This document shows positions 13,941 through 28,237 of a stretch of DNA of 64,000 nucleotides, piece by piece (the stretch's first letter is position 1; every line of letters starts with the position of its first letter). The notes below the pieces were generated by a model. That model was not told the origin of the DNA and made no database searches. It was given only the letters and a program-made list of their open reading frames with translations. This stretch comes from Eledone cirrhosa (taxonomy: Eukaryota), in NCBI GenBank assembly GCA_964016885.1, contig OZ024741.1, positions 358,608,001 through 358,672,000 of the forward strand, given 5' to 3'. A program made the translations under genes and the position numbers.

Positions 13941-16900
13941 CTGGTACCACACAGTAGTGTCCACTTCAGCTGGTACCACACAGTAGTGTCCACTTCAGTT
14001 TGTACCACACAGTAGTGTCCACTTCAGCTGGTACCACACAGTAGTGTCCACTTCAGCTGGTACCACACAGTAGTGTCCACTTCAGCTGGTAACACACAGT
14101 AGCGTCCACTTCAGCTGGTACCACACAGTAGTGTCCACTTCAGCTGGTACCACACAGTAGCGTCCACTTCAGCTGGTACCACACAGTAGTGTCCACTTCA
14201 GCTGGTAACACACAGTAGCGTCCACTTCAGCTGGTACCTCACAGTAGTGTCCCCTTCAGCTGGTACCACACAGTAGTGTCCACTTCAGCTGGTACCACAC
14301 AGTAGTGTCCACTTCAGCTGGTACCACACAGTAGCGTCCACTTCAGTTGGTAACACACAGTAGCGTCCACTTCAGCTGGTACCACACAGTAGTGTCCACT
14401 TCAACTGGTAACACACAGTAGCGTCCACTTCAGCTGGTACCACACAGTAGTGTCCACTTCAGCTGGTAACACACAGTAGCGTCCACTTCAGCTGGTACCA
14501 CACAGTAGCGTCCACTTCAGTTGGTAACACACAGTAGTGTCCACTTCGGCTGGTACCACACAGTAGCGTCCACTTCAGCTGGTACCACACAGGAGTGTCC
14601 ACTTCAACTGGTACCACACAGTAGTGTCCACTTCAACTGGTACCACACAGTAGTGTCCACTTCAGCTGGTAACACACAGTAGCGTCCACTTCAGCTGGTA
14701 CCACACAGTAGTGTCCACTTCAGCTTGTACCACACAGTAGCGTCCACTTCAGCTCGTACCACACAGTAGTGTCCATCCCTGCTGGTACCACACACTGGTG
14801 TCCACTCCAGCTGGTACCACACACTGGTGTCCACTCTAGCTGGTACCACACAGTAGCGTCCATTCGAGCTGGTACCTCACACTGGTGTCCACTTAGGCTT
14901 GTACCACCCAGTTGCATTCACTTCAGCTGGTACCACACAGTAGTGTCCACTCCAGCTGGTACCACACACTGGTGTCCATCCCAGGTGGTACTATACACTG
15001 GTATCCACTTCAGCTGGTACCACACACTGGTGTCAAATCCAGCTGGTACCACACAGTAGTGTCCATCCCAGCTGGTACCACACAGTAGTGTCCATCCCAG
15101 CTGGTACCACACACTGGTGTCCACTCCAGCTAGAACCACACACTGGTGTCCACTTCAGCTGGTACCACACACTGGTGTCCACCTCAGCTGGTACCACACA
15201 GTAGTCTCCACGTCAGCTGGTACCACAAAGTAGCATCAACTTCAGCTGGTACCACACAGTAGTGTCCATTCCACCTGGTACCACACACTGGTGTCAACTC
15301 CAGCTGGTAGCACACACTGGTGTCCACTTCAGCTGGTACCACACACTGGTGTCCACCTCAGCTGGTACCACACAGTAGTCTCCACTTCAGCTGGTACCAC
15401 AAAGTAGCATCAACTTCAACTGGTACCACACAGTAGTGTCCATTCCAGCTGGTACCACACACTGGTGTCAACTCCAGCTGGTAGCACACACTGGTGTCCA
15501 CTTCAGCTGGTACCACACAGCAGTGTCCACTTCAGCTGGTACCACACACAGTAGTGTCCACTTCAGCTGGTACCACACACTGGTGTCAACACCTGCTGGT
15601 ACCACACACCGGTGTCAACTCCAGCTGGTACCACACACTGGTGTCAACTCCAGCTGGTACCATACACCAGTGTTAACTCCATCTGGTACCACACACTAGT
15701 GTCAACTCCAGCTTGTACCACACACTGGTGTTAACTCCAGCTGGTACCACACACTGGTGTCAACTCCTGCTGGTACACACACCGGTGTCAACTCCAGCTG
15801 GTACCACACACTGGTGTCAACTCCAGCTGGTACCACATACCAGTGTTAACACCATCTTGTACCACACACTAGTGTCAACTCCAGCTTGTACCACACACTG
15901 GTGTTAACTCCAGCTGGTACCATACACCAGTGTCAACTCCAGCTGCTACCACACACCAGTGTCAACTCCAGCTGGTACCACACACTGGTGTCAACTCCAG
16001 CTGGTACCACATACCAGTGTTAACACCATCTTGTACCACACACTAGTGTCAACTCCAGCTGGTACCATACACTGGTGTTAACTCCAGCTGGTACCATACA
16101 CCAGTGTCAACTCCAGCTGCTACCACACACTGGTGTCAACTTCAGCTGGTACCACACACCAGTGTCAACTCCAGCAGGTACCACACATTGGTGTTAACTC
16201 CAGCTGGTAGCACACACTGGTGTTAACTCCAGCTGGTAACACACACCAGTGTCAACTCCAGCTGGTAGCACACACTTGTGTTGACTCCAGCTGGTAACAC
16301 ACACTGGTGTCAACTCCAGCTGGTAGCACACACTGGTGTTAACTCCAGCTGGTAACACACACCGGTGTCAACTCCATTTGGTACCACACACAAGTGTCAA
16401 CTCCAGCTGGTACCACACACTGGTGTCAACTCCAGCTGGTACCACATACCAGTGTTAACACCATCTTGTACCACACACTAGTGTCAACTCCAGCTGGTAC
16501 CATACACTGGTGTTAACTCCAGCTGGTACCATACACCAGTGTCAACTCCAGCTGCTACCACACACTGGTGTCAACTTCAGCTGGTACCACACACCAGTGT
16601 CAACTCCAGCAGGTACCACACATTGGTGTTAACTCCAGCTGGTAGCACACACTGGTGTTAACTCCAGCTGGTAACACACACCAGTGTCAACTCCAGCTGG
16701 TAGCACACACTTGTGTTGACTCCAGCTGGTAACACACACTGGTGTCAACTCCAGCTGGTAGCACACACTTGTGTTGACTCCAGCTGGTAACACACACTGG
16801 TGTCAACTCCAGCTGGTAGCACACACTTGTGTTGACTCCAGCTGGTAACACACACTGGTGTCAACTCCAGCTGGTAGCACACACTTGTGTTGACTCCAGC

Positions 16901-17917
16901 TGGTAACACACACCAGTGTCAACTCCAGCTGGTAGCACACTCTGGTGTTAACTCCAGCTGGTAGCACACACCAGTGTCAACTCCAGCTGGTAGCACACAC
17001 TTGTGTTGACTCCAGCTGGTAACACACACTGGTGTCAACTCCAGCTGGTAGCACACACTTGTGTTGACTCCAGCTGGTAACACACACCAGTGTCAACTCC
17101 AGCTGGTAGCACACTCTGGTGTTAACTCCAGCTGGTAGCACACACCAGTGTCAACTCCAGCTGGTAGCACACACTTGTGTTGACTCCAGCTGGTAACACA
17201 CACTGGTGTCAACTCCAGCTGGTAGCACACACTTGTGTTGACTCCAGCTGGTAACACACACTGGTGTCAACTCCAGCTGGTAGCACACACTTGTGTTGAC
17301 TCCAGCTGGTAACACACTCTGGTGTTAACTCCAGCTGGTAGCACACACTTGTGTTGACTCCAGCTGGTAACACACACTGGTGTCAACTGCAGCTGGTAGC
17401 ACACACTTGTGTTGACTCCAGCTGGTAACACACACTGGTGTCAACTCCAGCTGGTAGCACACACTTGTGTTGACTCCAGCTGGTAACACACACCAGTGTC
17501 AACTGCAGCTGGTAGCACACTCTGGTGTTAACTCCAGCTGGTACCACACACTGGTGTCAACTCCAGCTGGTAGCACACTCTGGTGTCAACTCCAGCTGGT
17601 AGCACACACTGGTGTTAACTCCAGCTGGTACCACACACTGGTGTTAACTCCAGCTGGTACCACACACTGGTGTTAACTCCAGTAGGTAAAACACACCAGT
17701 GTTAACACCAGCTGGTACCTCACACCGGTGTCAACTCCAGCTTATACCACACACCAGTGTCAACTCCAGCTTGTACCACACACCGGTGTTAACTCCAGTA
17801 GGTAAAACACACCAGTGTTAACACCAGCTGGTACCTCACATTGGTGTTAACTCCAGTAGTACCTCACACCGGTGTCAACTCCAGCTTATACCACACACCG
17901 GTGTCAACTCCAGCTAG

Positions 17918-18149
17918 TACCAAACCCCAGACACTGATGTCTATTTCAGCTGATACCCAACAATAGTGTCCAGTCATGCTCATAACACACACTGGTGTCT
18001 GCTTCTACAGATACCAAACAGAGGGTCCACTCAAGCTGATCCAGATATTAGGGTCCATTCAGCTGATCCCATAGAATAATGTCCACTTCAGTTTGGTCCA
18101 CATTCTAGTGTCTACACCAGCTAAAACCACATTCAACTTTCAACTGTAG
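17918..18149 (+). repeat. Diverged cassette copy 5
   Basis: Offset 4,209; same variants as copy 4. Confidence 0.95.
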
Positions 18150-20215
18150 CTGGTACCACACAGTAGTGTCCACTTCAGCTGGTACCACACAGTAGTGTCC
18201 ACTTCAGTTTGTACCACACAGTAGTGTCCACTTCAGCTGGTACCACACAGTAGTGTCCACTTCAGCTGGTACCACACAGTAGTGTCCACTTCAGCTGGTA
18301 CCACACAGTAGCGTCCACTTCAGCTGGTACCACACAGTAGCGTCCACTTCAGCTGGTACCACACAGTAGTGTCCACTTCAGCTGGTACCACACAGTAGTG
18401 TCCACTTCAGCTGGTACCACACAGTGGTGTCCACTTCAGCTGGTACCACACACAGTAGTGTCCACTTCAGCTGGTTCCACACACTGGTGTCAACTCCAGC
18501 TGGTACCACACACAGTAGTGTCCACTTCAGCTGCTACCACACAGTAGTGTCCACTTCAGATGGTACCACGCAGTAGCTTCCACTTCAGCTGGTACCACAC
18601 AGTAGTGTCCACTTCAGCTGGTACCACACAGTAGCGTCCACTTCAGCTGGTACCATTCAGTAGCGTCCACTTCAGTTGGTAACACACAGTGGTGTCCACT
18701 TCAGCTGGTACCACGCAGTAGTGTCCACTTCAGCTGGTACCACGCAGTAGCGTCCACTTCAGCTCGTACCACACAGTAGTGTCCATCCCTGCTGGTACCA
18801 CACAATGGTGTCCACTCCTGCTGGTACCACACACTGGTGTCCACTCCATCTGGTACCACACAGTAGCGTCCATTCGAGCTGGTAACTCACACTGGTGTCC
18901 ACTTAAGCTTGTAGCACCCACTTGCATCCACTTTAGCTGATACCACACAGTAGTGTCCACTCCAGCTGGTACCACACACTGTTGTCCATCCCAGGTGGTA
19001 CCATACACTGGTATCCACTCCAGCTACTACCACACACTGGTGTAAAATCCAGCTGGTACCACACAGTAGTGTCCATCCCAGCTGGTACCACACAGTAGTG
19101 TCCATCCCAGCTGGTACCACACACTGGTGTCCACTTCAGCTGGTACCACACACTGGTGTCCACCTCAGCTGGTACCACAAAGTAGTGTCCACTTCAGCTT
19201 GTACCACACAGTAGTGTCCACTTCAGCTGGTACCACACAGTAGTGTCCATTCCAGCTGGTACCACACACTGGTGTCCACTTCAGCTGGTACCACACAGCA
19301 GTGTCAACTTCAGCTGGTACCACACACTGGTGTATATTCCAGCTTGTACCACACACTGGTGTCAACTCCAGCTGGAACAACACACTGGTCTCAACTCCAG
19401 CACATACCACACACTGGTGTCAACTCCAGCTGGTACCACACACCAGTGTCAACTCCAGCTGGTACCACACACTGGTGTCAACTCCAGCTGGTACCACACA
19501 CCAGGGTCAACTCCAGCTTGTACCACACACTGGTGTTAACTCCAGCTGGTACCACACACTTGTGTTAACTCTAGCTGGTACCACACACTGGTGTCAACTC
19601 CAGCTGGTAACACATACTGGTGTCAACTCCAGCTGGTAACACACACTGGTGTTAACTCCAGCTGGTACCACACACTAGTGTCAACTCCAGCTGGTACCAC
19701 ACACCGGTGTCAACTCCAGCTGGTACCACACACTGGTGTCAACTCCAGCTGGTACCACACACTGGTGTCCACTTCAGCTGGTACCACACACTGGTGTCAA
19801 CTCCAGCTGGTACCACACACTGGTGTCAACTCCAGCTGGTACCACACACTGGTGTCCACTTCAGCTGGTACCACACACTGGTGTCAACTCCAGCTGGTAA
19901 CACACACTGGTGTTAACTCCAGCTGGTACCACACACCAGTGTCAACTCCAGCTTGTACCACACACCGGTGTTAACTCCAGTAGGTACCACACACCAGTGT
20001 TAACTCCAGCTGGTACCACACACTAGTGTCAACTCCAGCTTGTACCACACACCGGTGTTAACTCCAGTAGGTACCACACACCAGTGTTAACTCCAGCTGG
20101 TACCACACACTGGTGTTAACACCATCTGGTACCTCACATTAGTGTTAAATCCAGTAGTACCTCACACCGGTGTCAACTCCAGCTTATACCACACACCGGT
20201 GTCAACTCCAGCTAG

Positions 20216-20447
20216 TACCAAACCCCAGACACTGATGTCTAATTCAGCTGATACCCAACAATAGTGTCCAGTCATGCTCATAACACACACTGGTGTCTGC
20301 TTCTACAGATACCAAACAGAGGGTCTACTCAAGCTGATCCAGATATTAGGGTCCATTCAGCTGATCCCATAGAATAATGTCCACTTCAGTTTGGTCCACA
20401 TTCTCGTGTCTACACCAGCTAAAACCACATTCAACTTTCAACTGTAG
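20216..20447 (+). repeat. Diverged cassette copy 6
   Basis: Offset 2,298; carries the CTTCTACAG variant. Confidence 0.95.
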
Positions 20448-23433
20448 CTGGTACGACACAGTAGTGTCCACTTCAGCTGGTACCACACAGTAGCGTCCAC
20501 TTCAGCTGGTACCACACAGTAGTGTCCACTTCAGCTGGTACCACACAGTAGTGTCCACTTCAGCTGGTACCACACAGTAGCGTCCACTTCAGCTGGTACC
20601 ACACAGTAGTGTCCACTTCAGCTGGTACCACAAAGTAGCGTCCACTTCAGCTGGTACCACACAGTAGCGTCCACTTCAGCTGGTACCACACAGTAGTGTC
20701 CACTTCAGCTGGTACCACACAGTAGTGTCTACTTCAGCTGGTACCACACAGTAGTGTCCACTTCAGCTGGTACCACACAGTAGTGTCCATCCCTGCTGGT
20801 ACGACACACTGGTGTCCACTCCAGCTGGTACCACACAGTAGTGTCCATCCCTGCTGGTACCACACACTGGTGTCCACTCCAGCTGGTACCACACAGTAGT
20901 GTCCAATCGAGCTGGTACCTCACACTGGTGTCCACTTAAGCTTGTACCACAAGTTGCATCCACTTCAGCTGGTACCACACAGTAGTGTCCACTCCAGCTG
21001 GTACCACACACTGGTGTTCATCCCAGGTGGTACCATACACTGGTATCCACTTCAGCTGGTACCACACACTGGTGTCAAATCCAGCTGGTACCACACAGTA
21101 GTGTCCACTTAAGCTGGTACCACACAGTAGCATCTACTTCAGCTGGTACCACACAGTAGTGTCCCCTTCAGCTGGTACCACACAGTAGTGTCCACTTCAG
21201 CTGGTACCACACAGTAGCTTCCACTTCAGCTGGTACCACACAGTAGTGTCCACTTCAGCTGGTACCACACAGTAGTGTCCTCTTCAGTTGGTAACACACA
21301 GTAGTGTCCACCTCAGCTGGTACCACAAAGTAGCATCAACTTCAGATGGTACCACACAGTAGTGTCCACTTCAGCTGGTACCACACAGTAGTGTCCACTT
21401 CAGCTGGTACCACCGAGTAGCATCCACTTCAGCTCGTACCACACAGTAGTGTCCATTCCTGCTGGTACCACACAGTAGTGTCCTTCCCAGCTGGTACCAC
21501 ACAGTTGTGTCCATCCCAGCTGGTACTACACAACAGTGTCAACTACAGCTGGTACCACACACTGGTGACAACTCCAGCTGGTATCACACACTAGTGTCAA
21601 CTCCAGCTGGTCCCACACACTAGTGACAACTCCAGCTGGTACCACACACCAGTGTCAACTCCAGCTGGTTTCACACACTGGTGTCAACCCCAGCTGGTAC
21701 CACACTCCAGTGTTAACTCCATCGTGTACCACACACTGGTGTTCATTCCAGCTGGTACCACACACCAGTGTTAACTTCAGCTTGTACTACACACTGAGTT
21801 AACTCCAGCTTGTACTACACACTGTGTTAACTCCAGCTGGTAACACACACTAGTGTCAAGTCCAGTTTGTACCACACACTGGTGTTAACTCCAGCTGGTA
21901 CCACACACTAGTGTCAACTCCAGCTGGTACCACACACTGGTGTCAACTCCAGCTTCTACCACACACTGGTGTCAACTCCAGCTGGTACCACACACTGGTG
22001 TCAACTCCAGCTGGTACCACACACTGGTGTTAACTCCAGCTGGTACCACACACTGGTGTCAACTCCAGCTGGTACCACACACTGGTGTCAACTCCAGCTG
22101 GTACAACACACTGGTGTTAACTCCAGCTGGTACCACACACTGGTGTCAACTCCAGCTGGTACCACACACTGGTGTCAACTCCAGCTGGTACAACACACTG
22201 GTGTTAACTCCAGCTGGTACAACACACTGGTGTTAACTCCAGCTGGTACCACACACTGGTGTTAACTCCAGCTGGTACCACACACTGGTGTCAACTCCAG
22301 CTGGTACAACACACTGGTGTTAACTCCAGCTGGTACCACACAGTAGTGTCAACTTCAGCTGGTACCACACACTGGTGTTAACTCCAGCTGGTACCACACA
22401 CTGGTGTCAACTCCAGCTGGTACAACACACTGGTGTTAACTCCAGCTGGTACTACACAACAGTGTCAACTCCAGCTGGTACCACACACTGGTGTCAACTC
22501 CAGCTGGTACCACACACTGGTGTTAACGCAAGCTGGTACCACACGGTAGTGTCCACTCCAGCTGGTACTACACAGTAGTGTCCATCCCAGCTGGTACCAT
22601 ACACTGGTGTCCACTTCAGCTGGTACCACACAGTAGTGTCCATCCCAGCTGGTACCACACACTGGTGTCCACTTCAGCTGGTACCACACAACAGTGTCCA
22701 CTTCAGCTGGTACCACACACTGGTGTCAACTCCAGCTGGTAGCACACACTGGTGTCAACTCCAGCTGGTACTACACAACTGTGTTAACTCCAGCTGGTAC
22801 CACACACTGGTGACAACTCCAGCTGGTAGCACACACTGGTGTCAACTCCAGCTGGTACCACACACCAGTGTCAACTCCAGCTGGTAGTACACACTGGTGT
22901 CAACCCCACCTGGTACCACACAATGTTGTCAACCCCAGCTGGTACCACACACTGGTGACAACTCCAGCTGGTACCACACTGGTGTCAACTCCAGCTGGTA
23001 ACACACACCGGTGTTAATTCCAGTTGGTACCACAGACAGGTGTCAACTCCAGCTAGTACCACACATTGGTGTCAACTCCAGCTGGTACCACACACCGGTG
23101 TCAACTCCAGCTGGTAGCACACACCAGTGTTAACTCCAGCTGGTACCACACACCTGTGGCAACTCCAGCTGGTACCACACACCAGTGTCAACTCCATCTG
23201 GTAGCAGACACTAGTGTCAACTCTAGCTGGTACCACACACCCGTGTTAACTCCAGCTGGTACCACACACTTGTGTTAACTCCATCTGGTACCACACACCA
23301 GTGTCAACTCTAGCTGGTACCCCACACCTGTGTTAACTCCTGCTGGTACCACACACTGGTGTTAACACCATCTGGTACCTCACATTGGTGTTAACTCCAG
23401 CTGGTACCTCACACCGGTGTCAACTCCAGCTAG

Positions 23434-23665
23434 TACCACACCCCAGACACTGATGTCTATTTCAGCTGATACCCAACAATAGTGTCCAGTCATGCTCATA
23501 ACATACACTGGTGTCTGCTTCTGCAGATACCAAACAGAGGGTCCACTCAAGCTGATCCAGATATTAGGGTCCATTCAGCTGATCCCATAGAATAATGTCC
23601 ACTTCAGTTTGGTCCACATTCTCGTGTCTACACCAGCTAAAACCACATTCAACTTTCAACTGTAG
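23434..23665 (+). repeat. Diverged cassette copy 7
   Basis: Offset 3,218; carries the TACCACACCCC variant. Confidence 0.95.
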
Positions 23666-25628
23666 CTGGTACCACACAGTAGTGTCCACTTCAGCTGGTA
23701 CCACACAGTAGTGTCCACTTCAGCTTGTACCACACAGTAGTGTCCACTTCAGCTGGTACCACAAAGTAGCATCAACTTCAGCTGGTACCTCACAGTAGTG
23801 TCCTCTTCAGCTGGTACCACACAGTAGCGTCTACTTCAGCTGGTACCACACAGTAGTGTCCACTTCAGCTGGTACCACACACAGTAGTGTCCACTTCAGC
23901 TGGTACCACACACAGTAGTGTCCACTTCAGCTGGTACCACACAGTAGCGTCCACTTCAGCTGGTACCACACAGTAGCGTCCACTTCAGCTGGTACCACAC
24001 AGTAGTGTCCACTTCAGCTGGTACCACACAGTAGCATCTACTTCAGCTTGTACCACACAGTAGCGTCCACTTCAGCTGGTACCACACAGTAGCGTCCTCT
24101 TCAGCTGGTACCACACAGTAGTGTCCACTTAAGCTGGTACCACACAGTAGCATCTACTTCAGCTGGTACCACACAGTAGTGTCCACTTCAGCTGGTACCA
24201 CACACAGTAGTGTCCACTTCAGCTGGTACCACACACAGTAGTGTCCACTTCAGCTGGTACCACACAGTAGCGTCCACTTCAGCTGGTACCACACAGTAGC
24301 GTCCACTTCAGCTGGTACCACACAGTAGTGTCCACTTCAGCTGGTACCACACAGTAGCATCTACTTCAGCTGGTACCACACAGTAGTGTCCACTTCAGCT
24401 GGTACCACACAGTAGTGTCCACTTCAGCTTGTACCACACAGTAGTGTCCACTTCAGCTTGTACCACACAGTAGTGTCCACTTCAGCTGGTACCACAAAGT
24501 AGCATCAACTTCAGCTGGTACCTCACAGTAGTGTCCCCTTCAGCTGGTACCACACAGTAGTGTCCACTTAAGCTGGTACCACACAGTAGCATCTACTTCA
24601 GCTGGTACCACACAGTAGCGTCCACTTCAGCTGGTACCACACAGTAGCGTCCTTTTCAGCTGGTACCACACAGTAGTGTCCACTTCAGCTGGTACCACAC
24701 AGTAGCATCTACTTCAGCTGGTACCACACAGTAGTGTCCACTTCAGCTGGTACCACACACAGTAGTGTCCACTTCAGCTGGTACCACACACAGTAGTGTC
24801 CACTTCAGCTGGTACCACACACAGTAGTGTCCACTTCAGCTGGTACCACACAGTAGTGTCCACTTAAGCTGGTACCACACAGTAGCATCTACTTCAGCTG
24901 GTACCTCACAGTAGTGTCCACTTCAGCTGGGACAACACAGTAGTGTCTACTTCAGCTGGTACCACACACAGTAGTGTCCACTTCAGCTGGTACCACAGAC
25001 TGGTGTCAACTCCAGCTGGTAGCACACACTGGTGTCAACCCCAGCTGGAACAACACACAGTGGTGTCAACTCCAGCTGGTACCACACACTGGTGACAACT
25101 CCAGCTGGTACTACACAACTGTGTTAACTCCAGCTGGTACCACACACTGGTGACAACTCCAGCTGGTACCACACACTGGTGACAACTCCAGCTGGTACCA
25201 CACACTAGTGTCAACTCCAGCTGGTACTACACAACTGTGTTAACTCCAGCTGGTACCACACACTGGTGACAACTCCAGCTGGTACCACACACTGGTGACA
25301 ACTCCAGCTGGTACCACACTGGTGTCAACTCCAGCTGGTACCACACACCAGTGTCAACTCCAGCTGGTAGCACACACTTGTGTCAACCCCAGCTGGTACC
25401 ACACAATGGTGTCAACCCACGCTGGTACCACACTCTGGTGTCAACTCCAGCTGGTACCACACACTGGTGTTAACTCCATCTGGTACCACACACCAGTGTC
25501 AACTCTAGCTGGTACCCCACACCAGTGTTAACTCCAGCTGGTACCACACACTGGTGTTAACACCATCTGGTACCTCACATTGGTGTTAACTCCAGTAGGT
25601 ACCTCACACCGGTGTCAACTCCAGCTAG

Positions 25629-25826
25629 TACCACACCCCAGACACTGATGTCTATTTCAGCTGATACACTGGTGTCTGCTTCTGCAGATAGCAAACAGAG
25701 GGTCCACTCAAGCTGATCCAGATATTAGGGTCCATTCAGCTGATCCCATAGAATAATGTCCACTTCAGTTTGGTCCACATTCTCGTGTCTACACCAGCTA
25801 AAACCACATTCAACTTTCAACTGTAG
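25629..25826 (+). repeat. Diverged cassette copy 8 (34-bp internal deletion)
   Basis: Offset 2,195; shares TACCACACCCC with copy 7; reads GCTGATAC^ACTGGTGTCTGC across the deletion. Confidence 0.93.
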
Positions 25827-28023
25827 CTGGTACCACACAGTAGTGTCCACTTCAGCTGGTACCACAAAGTAGCATCAACTTCAGCTGGTACCTCACAGTA
25901 GTGTCCCCTTCAGCTGGTACCACACAGTAGTGTCCACTTAAGCTGGTACCACACAGTAGCATCTACTTCAGCTGGTACCACACAGTAGCGTCCACTTCAG
26001 CTGGTACCACACAGCAGCGTCCTCTTCAGCTGGTACCACACAGTAGTGTCCACTTAAGCTGGTACCACACAGTAGCATCTACTTCAGCTGGTACCACACA
26101 GTAGTGTCCACTTCAGCTGGTACCACACAGTAGTGTCCACTTAAGCTGGTACCACACAGTAGTATCCACTTCAGCTTGTACCACACAGTAGCGTCCACTT
26201 CAGCTGGTACCACACAGTAGTGTCCACCTCCGCTGGTACCACACAGTAGTTTTCACTTCAGCTGGTACCACACACAGTAGTATCCACTTCAACTGGTACC
26301 ACACAGTAGCATCTACTTCAGCTGGTACCACACAGTAGTTTCAACTTCAGCTGGTACCACACACAGTAGTGTCCACTTCAGCTGGTACCACACAGTAGTG
26401 TCCACTTCAGCTGGTACCACACAGTAGTGTCCACCTCCGCTGGTACCACACAGTAGTGTTTACTTCAGCTGGTACCACACACAGTAGCGTCCACTTCAGC
26501 TGGTACCATACAGTAGTGTCCACTTCAGCAGGGACCACACAGTAGTGTCCACTTCAGCTGGTACCACACAGTAGCGTCCTCTTCAGCTGGTACCATACAG
26601 TAGTGTCCACTTCAGCAGGGACCACACAGTAGTGTCCACTTCAGCTGGTACCACACAGTAGCGTCCTCTTCAGCTGGTACCACACAGTAGTGTACACTTC
26701 AGCTGGTACCACACACAGTAGTGTCCACTTCAGCTGGTACCACACAGTAGCGTCCAATTCAGCTGGTACCACACAGTAGCGTCCAATTCAGCTGGTACCA
26801 CACAGTAATTTCCACTTCAGCTGGTACCACACAGTAGTGTACACTTCAGCTGGTACCACACAGTAGTGTCCACTACTGCTGGTACCACACAGTAGTGTCC
26901 ACTTCAGCTGGTACCACACAGTAGTGTCCACTTCAGCTGGTACCACACAGTAGTGTACACTTCAGCTGGTACCACACAGTAGTGTCCACTACCGCTGGTA
27001 CCACACAGTAGTGTCCACTACCGCTGGTACCACACAGTAGTGTCCACTTCAGCTGGTACCACACAGTAGTGACCACTTCAGCTGGTACCACATACTGGTG
27101 TCAACTCCAGCTGGTACCACACACTGCTGTCCACTTCAGCTGGTACCAGACACCAGTGTTCACTGCAGATGGTACCACACACTGGTGACCACTCCAGCTG
27201 GTACCACATGCTTTTCTCCACTGAAACTGGCAGTACATGCTTGTGTCCACTCAAGCTGGTACCACACATTGGTGTCTACTGCACTGGATGACACAAACTA
27301 GTGTCCACGTTTGCTGCTACCAGATACTACCATCTATTGCACCTGATACAGCCCACTTATGTCCCCTTTAGCTACTACTACATGCTGTTTTCCACTTCAG
27401 TTGATAATATACACTAGTTTCCAGGAAGTATGGAGGAGTCAACAAAAATATGCTGTAGAATCTGTGTCATTGCTATAAAATAAATTGATGGTGTATATAT
27501 GAAGTAGGATCTAATCTCCCTTGTTACCCAAATGAATTACAAAATAAAATTAACCACTGCATGTCAGAATATGCAGTATTGTCCTCTGTTAGACGGAAAT
27601 ATAGCATGCCTCGAGTTATGGATAAGTGGATTACATCTTATCATTCCGCCAATTATCAGCACCAATAAAAATCTAAGTGAATCCGTACCAGTTTTCTGCA
27701 GTAAAAGAAATTAGATTAAACGTACAAGAAGAAAAAATTGTTGTTAGGGTATCACAAGTATTTCAGTCATTGTAGGTTCAACCTTACTTAGTCACCAATA
27801 AACTTATGCCAATATACTAACTAAATGTTCTAATGTGCTAAAGGTTTCACAGCAATTCAATCTACAATATACTATCACATTAATTATGCATCTGTGCATC
27901 TACCCCCATAAAAAAACACTGCATATTAATGGCTGCAGAAATGTGATTAGTTGGCTCCATACTATAGAAAAGCAGTAAATTGAGTCATTAAAACTTCAGA
28001 TTAAATAGTTCATGAAGTGAACG

Positions 28024-28237
28024 TTATTGTATGGGATCAGCTGAATGGAGACCTGTAGTCTGGATCAGCTTGAGTGGACCCAGTGTCTGGTATCTCCAGA
28101 AGTGGACACCAGTGTGTGATATGAGCATGAGTGGATATGAGCATGTGTTAGCAGCCAGAGTAGACACCATTTTGTGGTACCACTTACAGTGGACGCCAGT
28201 GTGTGGTACCAGCTGCAATAGACTCCAGTGTTCTGGC
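28024..28237 (-). repeat. Isolated inverted, diverged copy of the satellite cassette and monomers
   Basis: Reverse complement reads ...GGGTCCACTCAAGCTGATCCAGA...CCATTCAGCTGATCCCATACAATAA, matching the cassette. The ORF peptide WISLSGPSVWYLQK occurs here on + and in the array on -. Confidence 0.9.

Larger units (their letters stand above)
9819..18300 (+). repeat. Near-perfect tandem duplication, period 4,209 bp, inside the satellite
   Basis: Identical ORF-track peptides at offset 4,209 (10511/14720, 11227/15436, 13258/17467). Two differences seen by eye: 12664 A vs 16873 G, and 13180 C vs 17389 G. Confidence 0.92.
1..27420. repeat. 29-bp tandem satellite array, open at the window start. Type A monomer ACACACTGGTGT(C/T)AACTCCAGCTGGTACC; type B monomer ACACAGTAGTGTCCACTTCAGCTGGTACC
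   Basis: Direct 29-bp periodicity throughout, with occasional 27- and 31-bp CA-slippage monomers. Monomers decay progressively from ~27,100 to ~27,420. Confidence 0.98.

Noticed and set aside
1-27420. Dozens of ORFs with periodic peptides (STPAGTTHWCQLQLVPHTGVNSSWYHTLV), suggesting a mucin or repeat protein
   Set aside because: A 29-nt unit cycles through all three frames, so the same peptide appears in every frame. Frequent TAA/TAG variants and 27/31-bp indels show no coding constraint.
1-27420. CRISPR array (29-bp partly palindromic repeats)
   Set aside because: Repeats are head-to-tail with no unique spacers, there are no cas genes, and the context is eukaryotic.
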